Source of the DNA: Tubiluchus corallicola
Lineage: Eukaryota; Animalia; Priapulida
Assembly: GCA_030141605.1 (NCBI GenBank)
Contig: JAQGDQ010000021.1
Coordinates: forward strand, 868,001-932,000
Reading direction: 5' to 3'
Length of the DNA stretch: 64,000 nt
Position 1 is the stretch's first letter. Each line of letters begins with the position of its first letter. The notes beneath the pieces were generated by a model. That model made no database searches. It saw only the letters and a list, made by a program, of their open reading frames with translations, and was not told where the DNA came from. Position numbers and translations under genes: made by a program. Shown here in pieces: positions 12,205-25,211 of the stretch.

Positions 12205-15180
12205 CAAATAGATGTTCGTTTTCACATCTGCGTTCAAGCCTTCACAGTCTATAATTAATTATTACAGCGAAGCAACACAAACGTCTGTAAAAACTCGATT
12301 TATTGTTTACAAACCGGAGACAGATAAGCGTAATTAGGGAAGCAACACGTCCGTTCTAGAAAAGTAGCTAAAACAACCACAAGATATATGCTCATGCATT
12401 CAACAAGTCATTACAACATAGAATATCAAATTGGTCTCTTAGTCCATATATTGTAATCAGAGTTGTAGTAGTTCCTTATGAGACAGAACTTTGCAAGTCC
12501 ACAAGTATAAATATAATTGATCCATGTCTTGGGAGAGGGTTGTGTAATAAGTTGCACACAACCTTCTCATCTGATTCTAAGAAATTCGCTTTGAACTAGT
12601 CTGAAGGAACAGTAAAAAGACAGGCGAAGTGGGCTGAAATAAAAATCATTGAAATTGGAATCCAAATATTCAGCAATAAACTGAATTTGAATCGAGTTTG
12701 CTGTTGCATAGCTCTAATTTTGGACCCTTAATTTTTTAAAGTTATTTGTCTAGGCAGTTGAGGTAATAATTTTCTATTATAAGTGAACAGTAAAATCTGA
12801 GCGCCAAAAACAAGGTATTTACAGTATAGGACGATTCCTAAAAACACGACTGACGAGAAGTCCCTAAAAGAGTAGCAATTAATATTTGGAGATGACTGGG
12901 TCCATCCCGAAAATTGAATGGTTTATACGTGTCTGTGACTAACTAAGGATACGAACCGGATTCAGCTGATCCACCAAGTGGATGGAGTTTTACTAAAAGA
13001 GAAATTCTTACAAACACAAAGATTTTGATTTTATCGTATGTATCACACGGTTAATGGTTATTGGTTTACTATTATTGAAAGTTATACATAGTACTGTGTG
13101 CTAGTAGCACCCAAAAGTTATATCATAACTTATAACAGACCAGACGGTATAGTCTAATGCTAATGCGACCGCTTTCCGCCTGAGACTTCGCGAGTACGAT
13201 ACTGCAGCCAGCCATATCAAAAATGGCACACGCTGTAGCCCTGCCTGGCGCGTGGTAGTAAGTGTAAAACCAAGGCAATAATGATCTCTGTTATGTAGTT
13301 GTAGAATTGTTATTTACAGTCGACAATAAACTCAATGAGCTTACGTTATTTTTTATCTAAAAGTAAAGATTCTACTTCTTCTTCTTCTCCCTATTATTTT
13401 TGTAATTCATTTGTAGACTTACGTGAGATGTTGTCACGTACTGTATTCTAATTGTTACTTATTTGCTGATAATCAATGTTCATGAAAGTAAATTAGTAAT
13501 ATAGGTGTACTACGAAGCCTAATGTTCTGGTTTCCTAATCATAAAGTGCACTAGTATGGCATCCAGCAAAGAGCTCATGGACACGAGGGCATCATTAAGT
13601 CGTATATATTTCACAATTTAACACTAATGTGCACCTGCGCTGCCAGTTAATGGGGCATTAATTTATGTGACGGTAAGAGCTTGTGTGACGGTGTTCACAC
13701 TAAGAGCCATTCTCCAGTGATTAGACAAGAGCACATGATTAGCGTAAATTCCTCCGCCTTGTCCAGAGAGATTCCGGAAATGACGCTTTCTAAAAACGTT
13801 TGCTGTTCGCGGAAATGTCACGGCGTTCCCAGTTGGCGTTGCTTTAATAAAATCCTTCACTGCCGTTGACGTTTTAGCTTCTCTTAAAAACTCAAAGTCG
13901 TTTTTCAGAGCTAAGAAATTTTTGAGGGCAGGTTGCATAATGGAAAATGCAAAGGGGGGGGGGCAGGGGGGTTTGGGCGGCGCTAAGTTGAGAAACACTT
14001 TCGATTCCGATAAACAACGAATTTTAATAAAAAATAAAAAAGGAAAAAGTTATGTCAAAACTAGTGAAGATGAGGTCTATTCTGTCTTGATTACTTGGAC
14101 CACAGTGTTTCAGCCAACATGTTGAAGAATCTTGCGACTCGCAGCAACTAACATGGGCATAAAATTTGTAAGATTCCGTGGTAGGCAATGGCAACGTTTA
14201 AGAAAGGTCAGTTCTTCGCGACATGACTCGTTGAACCAACCAAATCTGTGAACAATCAAGATTTAATAATTTATAAATTATTGAAAATAATGAGCAAAAT
14301 GGAGATCAGTGTGACCTTGAGTGATCCTAAGACACGTCTAGCGAAGCACTGACGAATCTTCAGCTTCCCTATATGAAGTAATTTTGTATCTTTGCAAAAA
14401 ATCCTCTTTTGTTTTTTTAGAAATTTTATTCTATTTCGTGCTCCTTTCCTTCCTGTTTCCGTGATTCATACAGAACTATTGTTTCACAAATGTTTTTCGA
14501 ATTTTCATCTAACATTAGAAATTCTTTTTAGTGCATTACAATATTATTAAGGATAAGTGTATATCGTTTATTTCCAAAATTGTATCACTCTTCTTTTGCC
14601 GCAAATATCTTTGCGACTCTTCAATGCTGGACAAAAAATCTTTTGGCCACAGATACTACAGACAGAGAGACCTCAAGAAGAAGAAATAGTATACAGGTGG
14701 CGTAACTATTCAAAATGAAATACATATGTAACAAAGTATTATGGTTATAATATTCTCACGAAGACAGATTTTGACCAACCCCCTAATGTTAGTAACGGGT
14801 ATGGCTGAGAAGCCCAGTAATGCAAATGTACAGAATGCGTGTCGTAATTCGATGATTCCAAACTGGCTTTTCTGTCTGTAAAAGTGAATGCTGTTGGCTT
14901 GCTAATTTTTATACAAATGTCTGTTCACATATCCTTCTTTTGGAGGACATGTAATACTACTAGTTATAAAATAAACGTTATTTTACACTCGTATTCAAGG
15001 GATCTTTTAAGTTTGCTCGTCTGCTGTGAAATCTCATAACTCGTATGCCACTCTATACATCCCGAGACGGTTCCTCGCTGGACCCGGATTCGTTGCAATA
15101 TTATTATCATTCTTTAGAGAGAAAGTGAAAGTTAGCTACCTGTTTGCGCCGTTGGAAATTAGAGTACCTATATAAGCGCA

Positions 15181-15196
15181 CAGCGCCACCTAGCGG
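15181..15196 (-). promoter_or_regulatory. CTCF-binding motif
   Basis: Reverse complement CCGCTAGGTGGCGCTG closely matches the CTCF core CCASYAGRKGGCRS; ~440 bp upstream of the sHSP ATG. Confidence 0.55.
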
Positions 15197-15632
15197 GAAA
15201 AAAACACAAAATAACGTACACAATTTAATTTATTATTATTAATGTGTCAAGGTCGGAGCTCTGAGCTTTTGCTAACTGCTTTTTGCAGCGTGACTAGTGA
15301 TTTTCTTTACGGTTGCTGTAAGTTTAATTACAGGTGCTGTTTTGTACAACTCCGAGTAAGAATTCTAAGTAAACGGCGTACGATTTAGAACTTGTTAAAG
15401 AACGGATTGTTTTGTAAAGAATCATAGTTCTGCAAAGAACAAACTGCAACTATAGACCAACACTAGGCTTAAATTCTTCCAGCGCTGGTTGTGCAGCGTG
15501 TTACCACCGACGTCAGGTTTTAAGAGGAGACTGTTTAAATATTCATCAGCCAAAATTAGTGCAACATAACATCAATCGAAATTTCTTACATATTTGTTGG
15601 AATTTGTGAAATTTCGCATTAAAACTAGAAAA

Positions 15633-16130
15633 ATGTCTCTAGTTCCGTTCGATTACACACCGGCAAGCGAAACCTGGTCGAGAGGCCTACACGCTGCAAT
15701 GGAGCGACTGAAAGAGGACATGAGACGTTTCGAGAGGGAGTACTTTATGGAAATGGAAGCCATGAAATCGTACGGTTCACCGACGCTCGTGCGTACCGGT
15801 TCCAGAGACGGTCTGATGACGAGAGAGACGGTTGACGACTACGGAAACAAGAAGCTGAACATGCACTTCGATGTTAGGCAATACAGGCCAGAGGAGATAC
15901 GAATAGTTGCCGATGGAAAGATGGTGAGAGTTGACGCAAAGCACGAAGAGATGACTGAAAGTGGTATGATTCATAAGGAATTTCATCGTGCATTCACAGT
16001 ACCTAGAAATGTGGACATGAGCAAATTGAAATCAACTCTTGACCAAGGCGGTGTGCTGACCATTGAAGCTCCAGTAATTACAGGTGCTGAGATTCCTAAT
16101 AAGACTGTCATTCCTATCCAACACAAGTAA
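15633..16130 (+). CDS. Small heat-shock protein (HSP20/alpha-crystallin domain), 165 aa, single coding exon
   Basis: Alpha-crystallin hallmarks FDVRQYRPEEI, AKHEE, KEFHRAFTVP, STLDQGGVLTIEAP and C-terminal I-x-I motif IPIQ. First ATG is at 15633 in an AAAATG context (the track start at 15594 is TTG). AATAAA at 16311-16316. Confidence 0.95.
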   Translation: MSLVPFDYTPASETWSRGLHAAMERLKEDMRRFEREYFMEMEAMKSYGSPTLVRTGSRDGLMTRETVDDYGNKKLNMHFDVRQYRPEEIRIVADGKMVRVDAKHEEMTESGMIHKEFHRAFTVPRNVDMSKLKSTLDQGGVLTIEAPVITGAEIPNKTVIPIQHK

Positions 16131-19100
16131 CAAGTAGGAATTAATGCACAAACAATTGGAAAGTGCGTAACTTTACAATTTCAAAATTAACAATGAATTA
16201 TTTATCAATGAATGTAAAATCAGCGTGTATTGGAGTCGTCAATGAGCTGGGATCAAGGCTCTGCTTTCGTTTCAAAAAAGTGGTGGAGAAAGCGTTTTCG
16301 GATATAGTTAAATAAATCAGTACAACGCCGTATCCTTTTCAATTTTCGTGTTTTAAAATGTATGTACCTTATTTCATCGAGAGAATGTAAAAAACCCGTT
16401 GCGTGATAATTTTATGGTACATAATTATGTACACTGTTAATATAAAGCTACACAAAGTGAACAATAGGCTTTAAAAAACACAACAGTGTTTTAAAATTAA
16501 AACTCGTCCCCACATTTAAAGAATCTATTAATTTTGCTGCTGACGCATTTTGGTTTTAAACTTAAATTAAGTAAGCTGATACATAATTGTCATTTCTAAA
16601 AAATCTTATATGAATTGTCAATTTTGTACAGCTTCCAAAAAACTTGTTTGATCAAGGTGATTATGATGGGTGTGCCTTTATCATTTCTTTACTTGCACTT
16701 CGGTATGTTACAGTTGCCTGCCCCGGGCTATATACTTTTATATGCTTAAGATAGATGGCGCGCAAAAGTAGTTTTTGATTTTTAGCCAGCAGGCTGCAAT
16801 AAAGCCACGGTGGTACTACAGCTCATTGCCTTCACAACTTTTACTCAAAGCTCGTTAACAGCGCGATTTAATAGTGGCAAATTACTGCAAAAACGATCTG
16901 AGATCATTAAATTGTCAGAATAAGTAATGGTTCTTAAAGAGCCTTGAAGTCATTAGCTACTAAAGAAGCATTAAAATAAGTCTGCATTTAGTACGGATGT
17001 TAATTAGACAGTTTGAAAAGCTAAGCGTTAAAAATGGCGCACATCCGGTTATTTATGGTGGAAATAAATACTTATCCAATTTAAAAAGAAATTTAATAAT
17101 CGTTAAGAATTTAGATGAGTTGCAAACAGAGGATTTATATGGGTGGGACACATATTCGGACTGCCAGAAACGTCAGCTGACTTTCATTAACATTAAATGA
17201 ACGAACGAAGCCTGTAAACGACCTTCAGTAAATTTAAAGACAATCTGGAACATTCCATCCCAAGAATTAAGAAATTTCGTAGCTTATGCAACTAAATTTA
17301 ACACTGGAGCCACAAGAGCTAAAAACATTGAAAGCATAGACGAGACACCAGAATGGCACATATACAATATAGAAGATCTGTATGTTCAATAGAGCAACTC
17401 AAAAGCTGGAAAATTTTGATGGTACAATTTAAATATCTGTAACGCGTCGTTACGATTCGCTTATACTTATACTGTATTAACTTGAACCCCTTACATTGTA
17501 TTAGTTGTAGTACACATGTAACTTTTAAACATGCTAGTACAAGGTCCGCAGGTCTCCGGTTTAATACGCTCTATTGGCACGTAACACCAACAAAACTAAA
17601 AAATGGTCACTGAAATTTTACGATTTAATTAAATTTGACACTTTTTTCATCCTCTGACAAATGGACCCTTCGAATAATTGACGTTTCTGAAAAAACACCA
17701 CTGGGGCTTTTTTAAAAATAGTTTAGCCTTTTGTTTATGAAGTTCGGCACATTACAAGTACACCAGCACTCGTGGCCAACCTATTGTGAAATGATTGTGA
17801 CGGAACAGGGATTTAGCTCATATCAAGTATGATTGGATAAGCTACTAAGATAACAAACTGAACTGACAGAGATGTCTTTACCACGGTCCCTGAAGGAGGT
17901 AAAATTCGGAAGCAAGTACGACAGATACCAAGCGAACATAGCCAACGCCGCCATTGATTAACTGTCTATAATCTATGTACATTACAAGTGAAAGAAGTTT
18001 AATCAATAACGACAATTAACTTCGTAGCTATTTTCCTCGGTGAACATACTCAGAGCGGAGCTAGCTTGCTCAGCTTATTAGTGATTATCAAAAAGCGTAG
18101 TGATATTCTATCCTTACCAGAAATAGGCCTGAATCGTCTACGCATCTATTAAAAATTTGTTTTCATACACGTACACACGTACACTTTGACTAGGTAGTGT
18201 GACCTACGGATATAATATATATAATATATATATATATATATATAAAACTACAACACAACGATGATGGGGTATTTACGAACCTGCAGCAACGACAACGACA
18301 ACGGCAGTGGTTTTTTAAAGGTCGCTACGCTGCACAGGCTATAATCATTATGAAGATCCCTTAGTGCGGATGCGATTAACATCATATTGTCCAGTTGATT
18401 GGAATTGAAGATACAACATTCTTGGAAATTTTCTCATTACCTACAGCAACGTCCACATCTAAAGCTAATTAGAAGTCAGGCAGACAGAAAAGGCTGACAA
18501 GTGTATGCACGTGTTTTTCATAGCAAACTTGTCGAACGGCAATGCTGGTTGAGATTCAGCACTTTCAACTAGAGAATAGGACCGGATTATCGTATAGGCT
18601 AGCATAGACTGGAGCCTAGGGCCACACCAGCTTTGGTATTAGTTTGGTAAAAAAATCCGTCTTTTCACTACGGCTGTGTTGAAATATGGTTTAATATGGT
18701 TTCCAATAAATGGCAAAACAGTGGTATTCCTTTGACATATTTTTATATTTTTTTATTGACAAACAAAGGATAACTATTCTAGTTTATTTAAACAATTTGC
18801 AATAAGTTTACTTCAAGCTATGTAAATGTTGCTAAAATATATCACCAACAAAAAATATTCAAGACGGGTGCGGGCGAGTTACAGGGTGGCTCCGTCTGAG
18901 GGTGGCCCCATAATTTCTTTAGCTCATGGGTCCTTGTGTATTATAGTCGATAAACAGCGTTATGGCTCGTGTATTCATGTAAATAATCGACTGAAAATAA
19001 ATTTATGCTTGCTTACTTGCTACAACTTGGATGAAATCCGTTATCGTCCTGGACGAGTAGTCGACCGGTACAGGGATGGATTATGGGTTTTACGGGCTTA

Positions 19101-20640
19101 AGGCTACCAACAAACAAAGGGCTTCAAGTTCTTAACATACATGCGCTCCAAACTAACTTGTAACCCTTCATCATGGTACAGACATTTCGTGCCTACATCA
19201 CTGTGTAGCCGCCTTCTTTTCCTAGACACGAATAAATTTCTCTCCAAGACCCCAACCAAGTGAGAGTACAATGTTTTTTCTACAAAGACGGTGAAAAACC
19301 TCCAAAAATAGCCACTTTTGTTTATTTGCGGAACACCATGTAAGAAAAACGTAATGAGTTTTTTGCGGACGACCCTGTAAATATTTAAGGTATTGAACAT
19401 TTGAAATTAATACTTGTCAGTTCAGTTTTAATAATATTGTTATCCTTTTAAAAATAACATGATCTCGCTTTAATTGGTCATCAGTCTTAGGTCACCGAGG
19501 ACCTGGAAAATTTAGGGCTTAAAGCTACAGGTTATTAACCTAATGGTTAATTCGCACATGTAGTTAATGAAAGTCAGTGTATACACAAGCTACGATTTTC
19601 GAAATTTATCTATGTTGTACAAGAGAACATCTTCCCACAATTTATTACACTATTATTGTACAATAATATAAAATTATACAGATTAATAATTGCAATTATA
19701 AAATCTCCACGTTAAAAACCAAATTAACAGCATTTAAGGCAACAGACTAGCATAAAATATAAATTTGATATTACGAATTACGAAATACATGTTATCACAT
19801 ACACTACGTTATTTTTGTTTAATAATAATCAATTCAATGTGATTACGTCTTGAAAGTGCACGATTAGAAAAAAATTGTTGACCCACAGCCTACACGTCAA
19901 ATTCCTTATGCTTTTAGCTCTTGTAGATTTACGTTGCCTCGCTAACTAAACTGACTGACTCATAATACCTGTGAGGCCTAGGTCAAAGTCTAGGAACAAA
20001 TTTAGAATCAAATATACTTTTAATTACAAGCACAGAAACAGGTAAACTAAGAAACAATCGTCTTGAAATTCAAATAATACAGAAGTAAACACTAAACAAT
20101 CTTAAAACCACAGCACAGCCTATCAGCTAATATTTTTAAACATCGTCATTTTGCCAAGTTGCAATTTTCGCGGGCAAATAATATATTAAAGTCTATTAAT
20201 TTTAATGAATGATACAGCAAAACCAGACAAAAACATACATCAAAGTAATATGAGAAAAAGGAAAGCTGGACAGTTTCTGAAGAAAACGTAATTGCGAACA
20301 GATAAATGAAAACAGCTGCACAATGTCCTTTAATCATTACACAGCTGATAGACGTCTTTGTTAACAGCTTCCCAGATTCCTAGACCTCAAGCGATTGCTG
20401 TTTAAAACGCGTTTAAATTTCGCCCAATTATCTTCGCTGCTTCCATTCAAATCAAAACCTTTTCACTAGAACAGATTGCCATGAGTGCTTCTTAGTGCGG
20501 GTCAGCTATACCTTCCCTTAAAGTTCATGGTAATTCCAATCTTCTAATGAACGAGAAAAAGAGGAAGGCTAAGCGGAAGAAGTCGAAATTACTCTCCCAT
20601 TAAGCGTTTTGCCTCCTGCTCATTGCAGTTCCGCTTCTAT

Positions 20641-20720
20641 TTCCGGCTTGTTTAGCTGTGACGTCATTTGTATTCTGCTGCGATGACAGGCTTGATTGGA
20701 CAAATTGTTTTAATACGTCA
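20641..20720. promoter_or_regulatory. Promoter-like cluster (ETS-like TTCCGG, CRE, CCAAT box, half-CRE)
   Basis: TTCCGG 20641-20646; TGACGTCA 20659-20666; ATTGG 20695-20699; TACGTCA near 20714. Confidence 0.35.
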
Positions 20721-21212
20721 CTAATAATGTAACAAGTGATCTGTTTACAACTGACAGAAACATTGCAAACAGAAATCTTATCATGCCGCCATGATTTACT
20801 ATTTTGGCCAATGTGTTTTTTTCCGTTTTTGCTCCTTGGCCGAAAGGCTAAGCCAGGAAGATAGGCCAGGTGATGAGAAGATGTTCTCAGAAAAATACAT
20901 CATCTATAACAAGCGGCATTAAGGTATTATACATAATTATCCTTCACACAATCGTCCTTATTTTCTTCTAGGTTTACTTCGGTTCTCCAATTTACAGACA
21001 AATGAAAATTATTTTAGCAAAATCTTATTAGCTCACATTAATTTAACTGTAATCTATTCAAAAACCACATTGTTGTTTAAAGCAAGCACTAACATGGACG
21101 GGCGGACCAATAGATAAGGTATGCAGGCTCAAAAATTTAGAGTCAAAACCATTAAAGAGCAGTAAGACAATGATTCCCTTCATTGGTTTCTATCTCCGAC
21201 AGGTTACTTGTA

Positions 21213-21639
21213 CAGGGTTCCCACAGAATTTTAAAATAAATTTCCCTGACTTTTCCATGACTTTTCCCTGACCAAATATTGATTTTCCGTTACCAAGAAA
21301 AGCAGAAATTGCCTTACCATTATACGTATTCTACCATTTTTGAGTAAGAACATGCATACATATACTGATATACAATGTGTCGGCCAATCATTGTTTTTGG
21401 ACCAGAAATCGAAACTGGGAGCCTGCCATAGCAAAATTTTATTTGAACACGAATCGCTGAAAAATATGTTTAGAAAATATCGGTTCATGGTGATTATTTT
21501 TGCAAACCTTTAAATATACCCTGACTTTTCGCCCCATTTTTTTCATTTTCCCTGACTTTTTACCAACTTATCTTTTTCCCTGACTTTTCCATGACTTTCC
21601 ATGTATTTTCAAAGATTTTCCCTGACCGTGGGAACCCTG
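21213..21639. mobile_element. Non-autonomous DNA transposon (hAT-like), 12-bp TIR, 6-bp TSD
   Basis: CAGGGTTCCCAC...GTGGGAACCCTG flanked by CTTGTA at 21207-21212 and 21640-21645; repeated subterminal TTCCCTGAC/TTCCATGAC motifs. Confidence 0.9.
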
Positions 21640-22059
21640 CTTGTAATATTCGCTTTGTTGCTACTTCTCATAATTCTACCTTGAACAGTTTTCAGTTTTT
21701 TCTCGAGTCGCTTAACTATGGTGGTTTTCTAATAATTTTTTCCTGATTACCTGCTTCACATTCTAGAACGTCAAACTGATTATAAGAATTCAAGCTTTTC
21801 AGACTTTTTAGGCATATATTCATATTTTAACTTTCTCAACTGTATCTCCGTATCTTCACTGGTCACTGGTCACTCACATATCTTCACTGGCTTTGCTTGG
21901 AACAATCTGTACGAAAAATTTCTTTTTAATGGTATACCAATAATAAAAGTTCATTTTTTCCTCGATCTAGTTGTTTTAAAAAAATTATACTCTTATGCAT
22001 AGCCAAACATTAGTGGTAGATCACCTACTGACGCTTAAAAAACGTGCACAACAAAGTTG

Positions 22060-22410
22060 TGTGTTACTCGTACACTGCACCAGTGAGCCAACAAAAACAC
22101 ATTATTGATCTTATTGACAATGTAAAGTAAGTTATGCTTTTGCTTCAAAAGTTAGTGAAGAATGTACTACAAAGTGCAAATGTTCTGATTATTTTTCAAA
22201 CTTCGCGCAATGTTATTCACTTGTTTAAAATGACTTACCGTAAAAATGACTGCGCCTAACGGTCATCACGGGAGTTTAAATTTGCATGTTTTATACAGCG
22301 CTGCTGCTAATTATACAAGTTCTGTATGCAATAAGACAGCATGTGAGCGATATAAAATTTCAAAACGATTTTTCAGCTTTATTTATTAAGAGTGTTTTCT
22401 TGTGCTTTAA
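22060..22410 (+). mobile_element. MITE family C, partial copy
   Basis: Colinear with the right part of family C; ends GTGTTTTCTTGTGCTTTAA. Confidence 0.65.
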
Positions 22411-22705
22411 AAATTGAACTTATAACTGTGCTTAATTTGCTGCGCGTTATTGACTGAGAATCAAGCGTTTCTCCGCTCGAGCAGCGCAACAAATTATGTA
22501 GTGCAGTCATACATAAGATTTCACTTACCCAATGAATTAAGAAGAATTAGGCGGACACGAGCTGACAGATTTAATTTTCACTGACACCGCATGTTCATTA
22601 AGACTGCAGATTTATGGAGACTGGTGAGACTTGCGTGCGTGTATGCATGAACGTGGTTTCCTATTAGCGTGTCCAAAGTTTACAAACTTATAACCTCTTT
22701 GTGGC

Positions 22706-23623
22706 TTAAAGAGGAAGAAAGGCTAATTTTAATGTACGTCCCAAAAAACTTTCAATACAAAGTTATATTACCTAGCATTAGCTTACCTATTTGAAAGACT
22801 TATGTAATCAGAAAAGAAAATTCTTAGTACAGTAATTTAAAAAGTTCGCGCCACTTGGTAAAATGTCACTGACTCACCTTCCCAGTGTGCACCACTGGCT
22901 CCGCAAAAACCTACTTTCATTCTGACTGACAAGATGCAGCTATTTTATACCTTTGTTTAGTTAGTGAAGAGTGCGCTGCGAATGCTATGATTATTTTTTC
23001 AAACTTTATCTAAAGTTATCAATATATATATATATATATATATAATCTTTATTTGCCATAAAAAATCGATATTCACAACTATAAAAGCATAAAAGAACAT
23101 CGCTGCATGAGAATAAAATTCACACAACTGTTAAAGGCAAATGCGTCCAGTGCAAACTAAAAACTACTGTGCCAAAAATTTAAAACAAACACATACATTA
23201 TAATATTACATGGCAATTATAATAGACTATATACAATACATACATATAATTTAAAATGGACGTGGGTAAAAAAAATTGTGGATGAATATATATTATCGTT
23301 TACGTATGTTGGGTTTTCAAAACGGTTAAAAGTATGTATTTTTAATTTTGATTTGAATTCGTCAAAAGACTTGATTTGTTTTAAATTTAATGGCAGGGTA
23401 TTCCAAAGGCTGAACAAAGTTACCAATGTTATCTAAACTTATTTCAAATGACCTGCCGTTAAAATAACTACCCTTAACGATCACCAAAGGCGTTTAAAAT
23501 TTACAAGTTTGTATAGCGTTACTACCAATGCAAATTCTGTACGCAAGAAACACCACGAAAGTTACACAAAATTGCCAGATGAATTTTTAGTTTTATGTAA
23601 GTAAAGGTCTTCTTGAGCTTTAA
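22706..23623 (+). mobile_element. MITE family C, full-length copy interrupted by a LINE fragment
   Basis: TTAA-AGAGGAAGAAAGG...TCTTCTTGAGCT-TTAA; similarity to other C copies stops at 23020 and resumes at ~23424. Confidence 0.75.
23021..23424 (-). mobile_element. 5'-truncated CR1/L2-group LINE 3' end
   Basis: Minus strand encodes LWNTLPLNLKQIKSFDEFKSKLK (ORF2 C-terminal WNxLP...FK..LK motif), followed by 3' UTR, AATAAA and a (TA)n tail; imperfect TSD AAAGTTATC/AATGTTATC. Confidence 0.75.
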
Positions 23624-24172
23624 GCTGAAACTTGTAGTTGCGAAAATAAAACGAATTTAGTGCATCGAACTCACTAAAGCTCATTTTTGTTAAAATGGTA
23701 ATTACTGTAGGAAAAGCTCCTACGGGATTCCTATACAGCCTTGTCTGATATTCTAAAGCCACCCCATAAATGGCAATAATTCGACATAGTACAAGCCGGA
23801 ATCTAACATTCTACAGCAGGGCGAACTTAACGTTGATGTTTGTGGCAAGACCGGAGTGTAGCACATCATCAAGGATAAACTTCCAAGACTAATACCGAAT
23901 CCACACGGCCTTCAAACGAACGACATTCAAAAGACTGTTATCACTGACTTACTGACTACACAGTTACTTTTCAACTTACTTTACGCATAACAGTTTGTTG
24001 AAGGAATGTTCCCTAACTTGTCTTTAGAAAGCACTAAAACGACTTGAATGAAAACGAGTTTTGTTTTAGATTGTGCTGCAAAGAGAATCAGAGCAAAGAA
24101 AAAAGAAAAAAGTTGCCAAGGCACCATAGCATAATCTTTTGCCGGTTAATCACCGCAGTACGAGCACCAGGT

Positions 24173-24400
24173 ATTATTATCATTATCATTATTAATTCTT
24201 TATTAAACGTGGAAAACACTTTAACCAACAATTACAAAACTATCAGTTATTTTCGAAGTGGTCCACAAAATAGAATAAAGGCAAAAAAATATTACAATCC
24301 CTACACAGTCCCCCAAACACAAAAGCCCCTGAATATTTCTCTATACAAGTGCATAAAACTTGCGTACAGTCACTCAAGGAAAATTCTGCAGTCATGCACT
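24173..24400 (-). mobile_element. Probable LINE/SINE 3' tail
   Basis: Minus strand ends GGACCACTT...AAGTGTTTTCC (potential stem), AATAAA and a (TAA/TGA)n tail. Confidence 0.4.
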
Positions 24401-25211
24401 TACAAAATATAATTTATGAAGTCGCTTTTTATTAAAAATTCATTGTTTTTAGTGACAGCGCGCTGTTTACACACCCGCCATAAAAGGGCTCTTTTAGCTG
24501 AGTCACCAGCGTGCACTATTATTGGCTGTTCATTCCGAGAATGACGACTGACACTGATGAAAATCAAGACCACCTTCATATCGTCAAACTTGAACGACAT
24601 TCAAATTTCACTGTCATTCTCGGTGTTCACACCGTCCAACAACAGTGGCAAACACAGGATGACAATGTTTTGAATATCCGTGTGGACGGTTTATCAACCG
24701 AACCATTGAACCGGCAGGAGACTGTGTGTGTCGCATCTTTTAACAATTAGCCTCTACTAACGGCATTTCACGGAGGTACCTAATGGCAACTGCTGCCGTT
24801 TATGGCCATTTTGAAAAATAAATGCTCACCACTACATAATAAATTACTCTATACCGCACGTGTGGCTTCACAAATAGCTGCTCGGCAGTATACTTTGATC
24901 TCAGAAACTAGGTCAAGTGATACAGGTGTAACTGTAACAGGTTGTTAAGAGGAAAAATACCTAAAATGCGGGTTTGATTATCACGCGAACCGCGATCTTA
25001 TTACGTTGCCCTTTCCGTAGAACTGATACTTTAGATTCGATATGATGCTGAAGCACACGGGACAATAACGCATTAATTTATTGGCAGTAAGTGAAAATCG
25101 TGTGATCAATACGTACATGCTAAGTACAACAATACCAAGCCATTAGTGTAGAAATAGCATAATAATTCCAATTACAATTTAGTATAGAAAAATAGGGCTA
25201 TTGTACTGTAG

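Noticed and set aside
14700-14885. Possible DGK exon 2 (cag|A AAA GCC = R-K-A)
   Set aside because: The following peptide shows no resemblance to the DGK KAIS...DWSE region.
16850-17400. Coding-like patch with a 67-aa ORF, possibly a decayed transposase
   Set aside because: Many stops and no recognisable motif; needs blastx.
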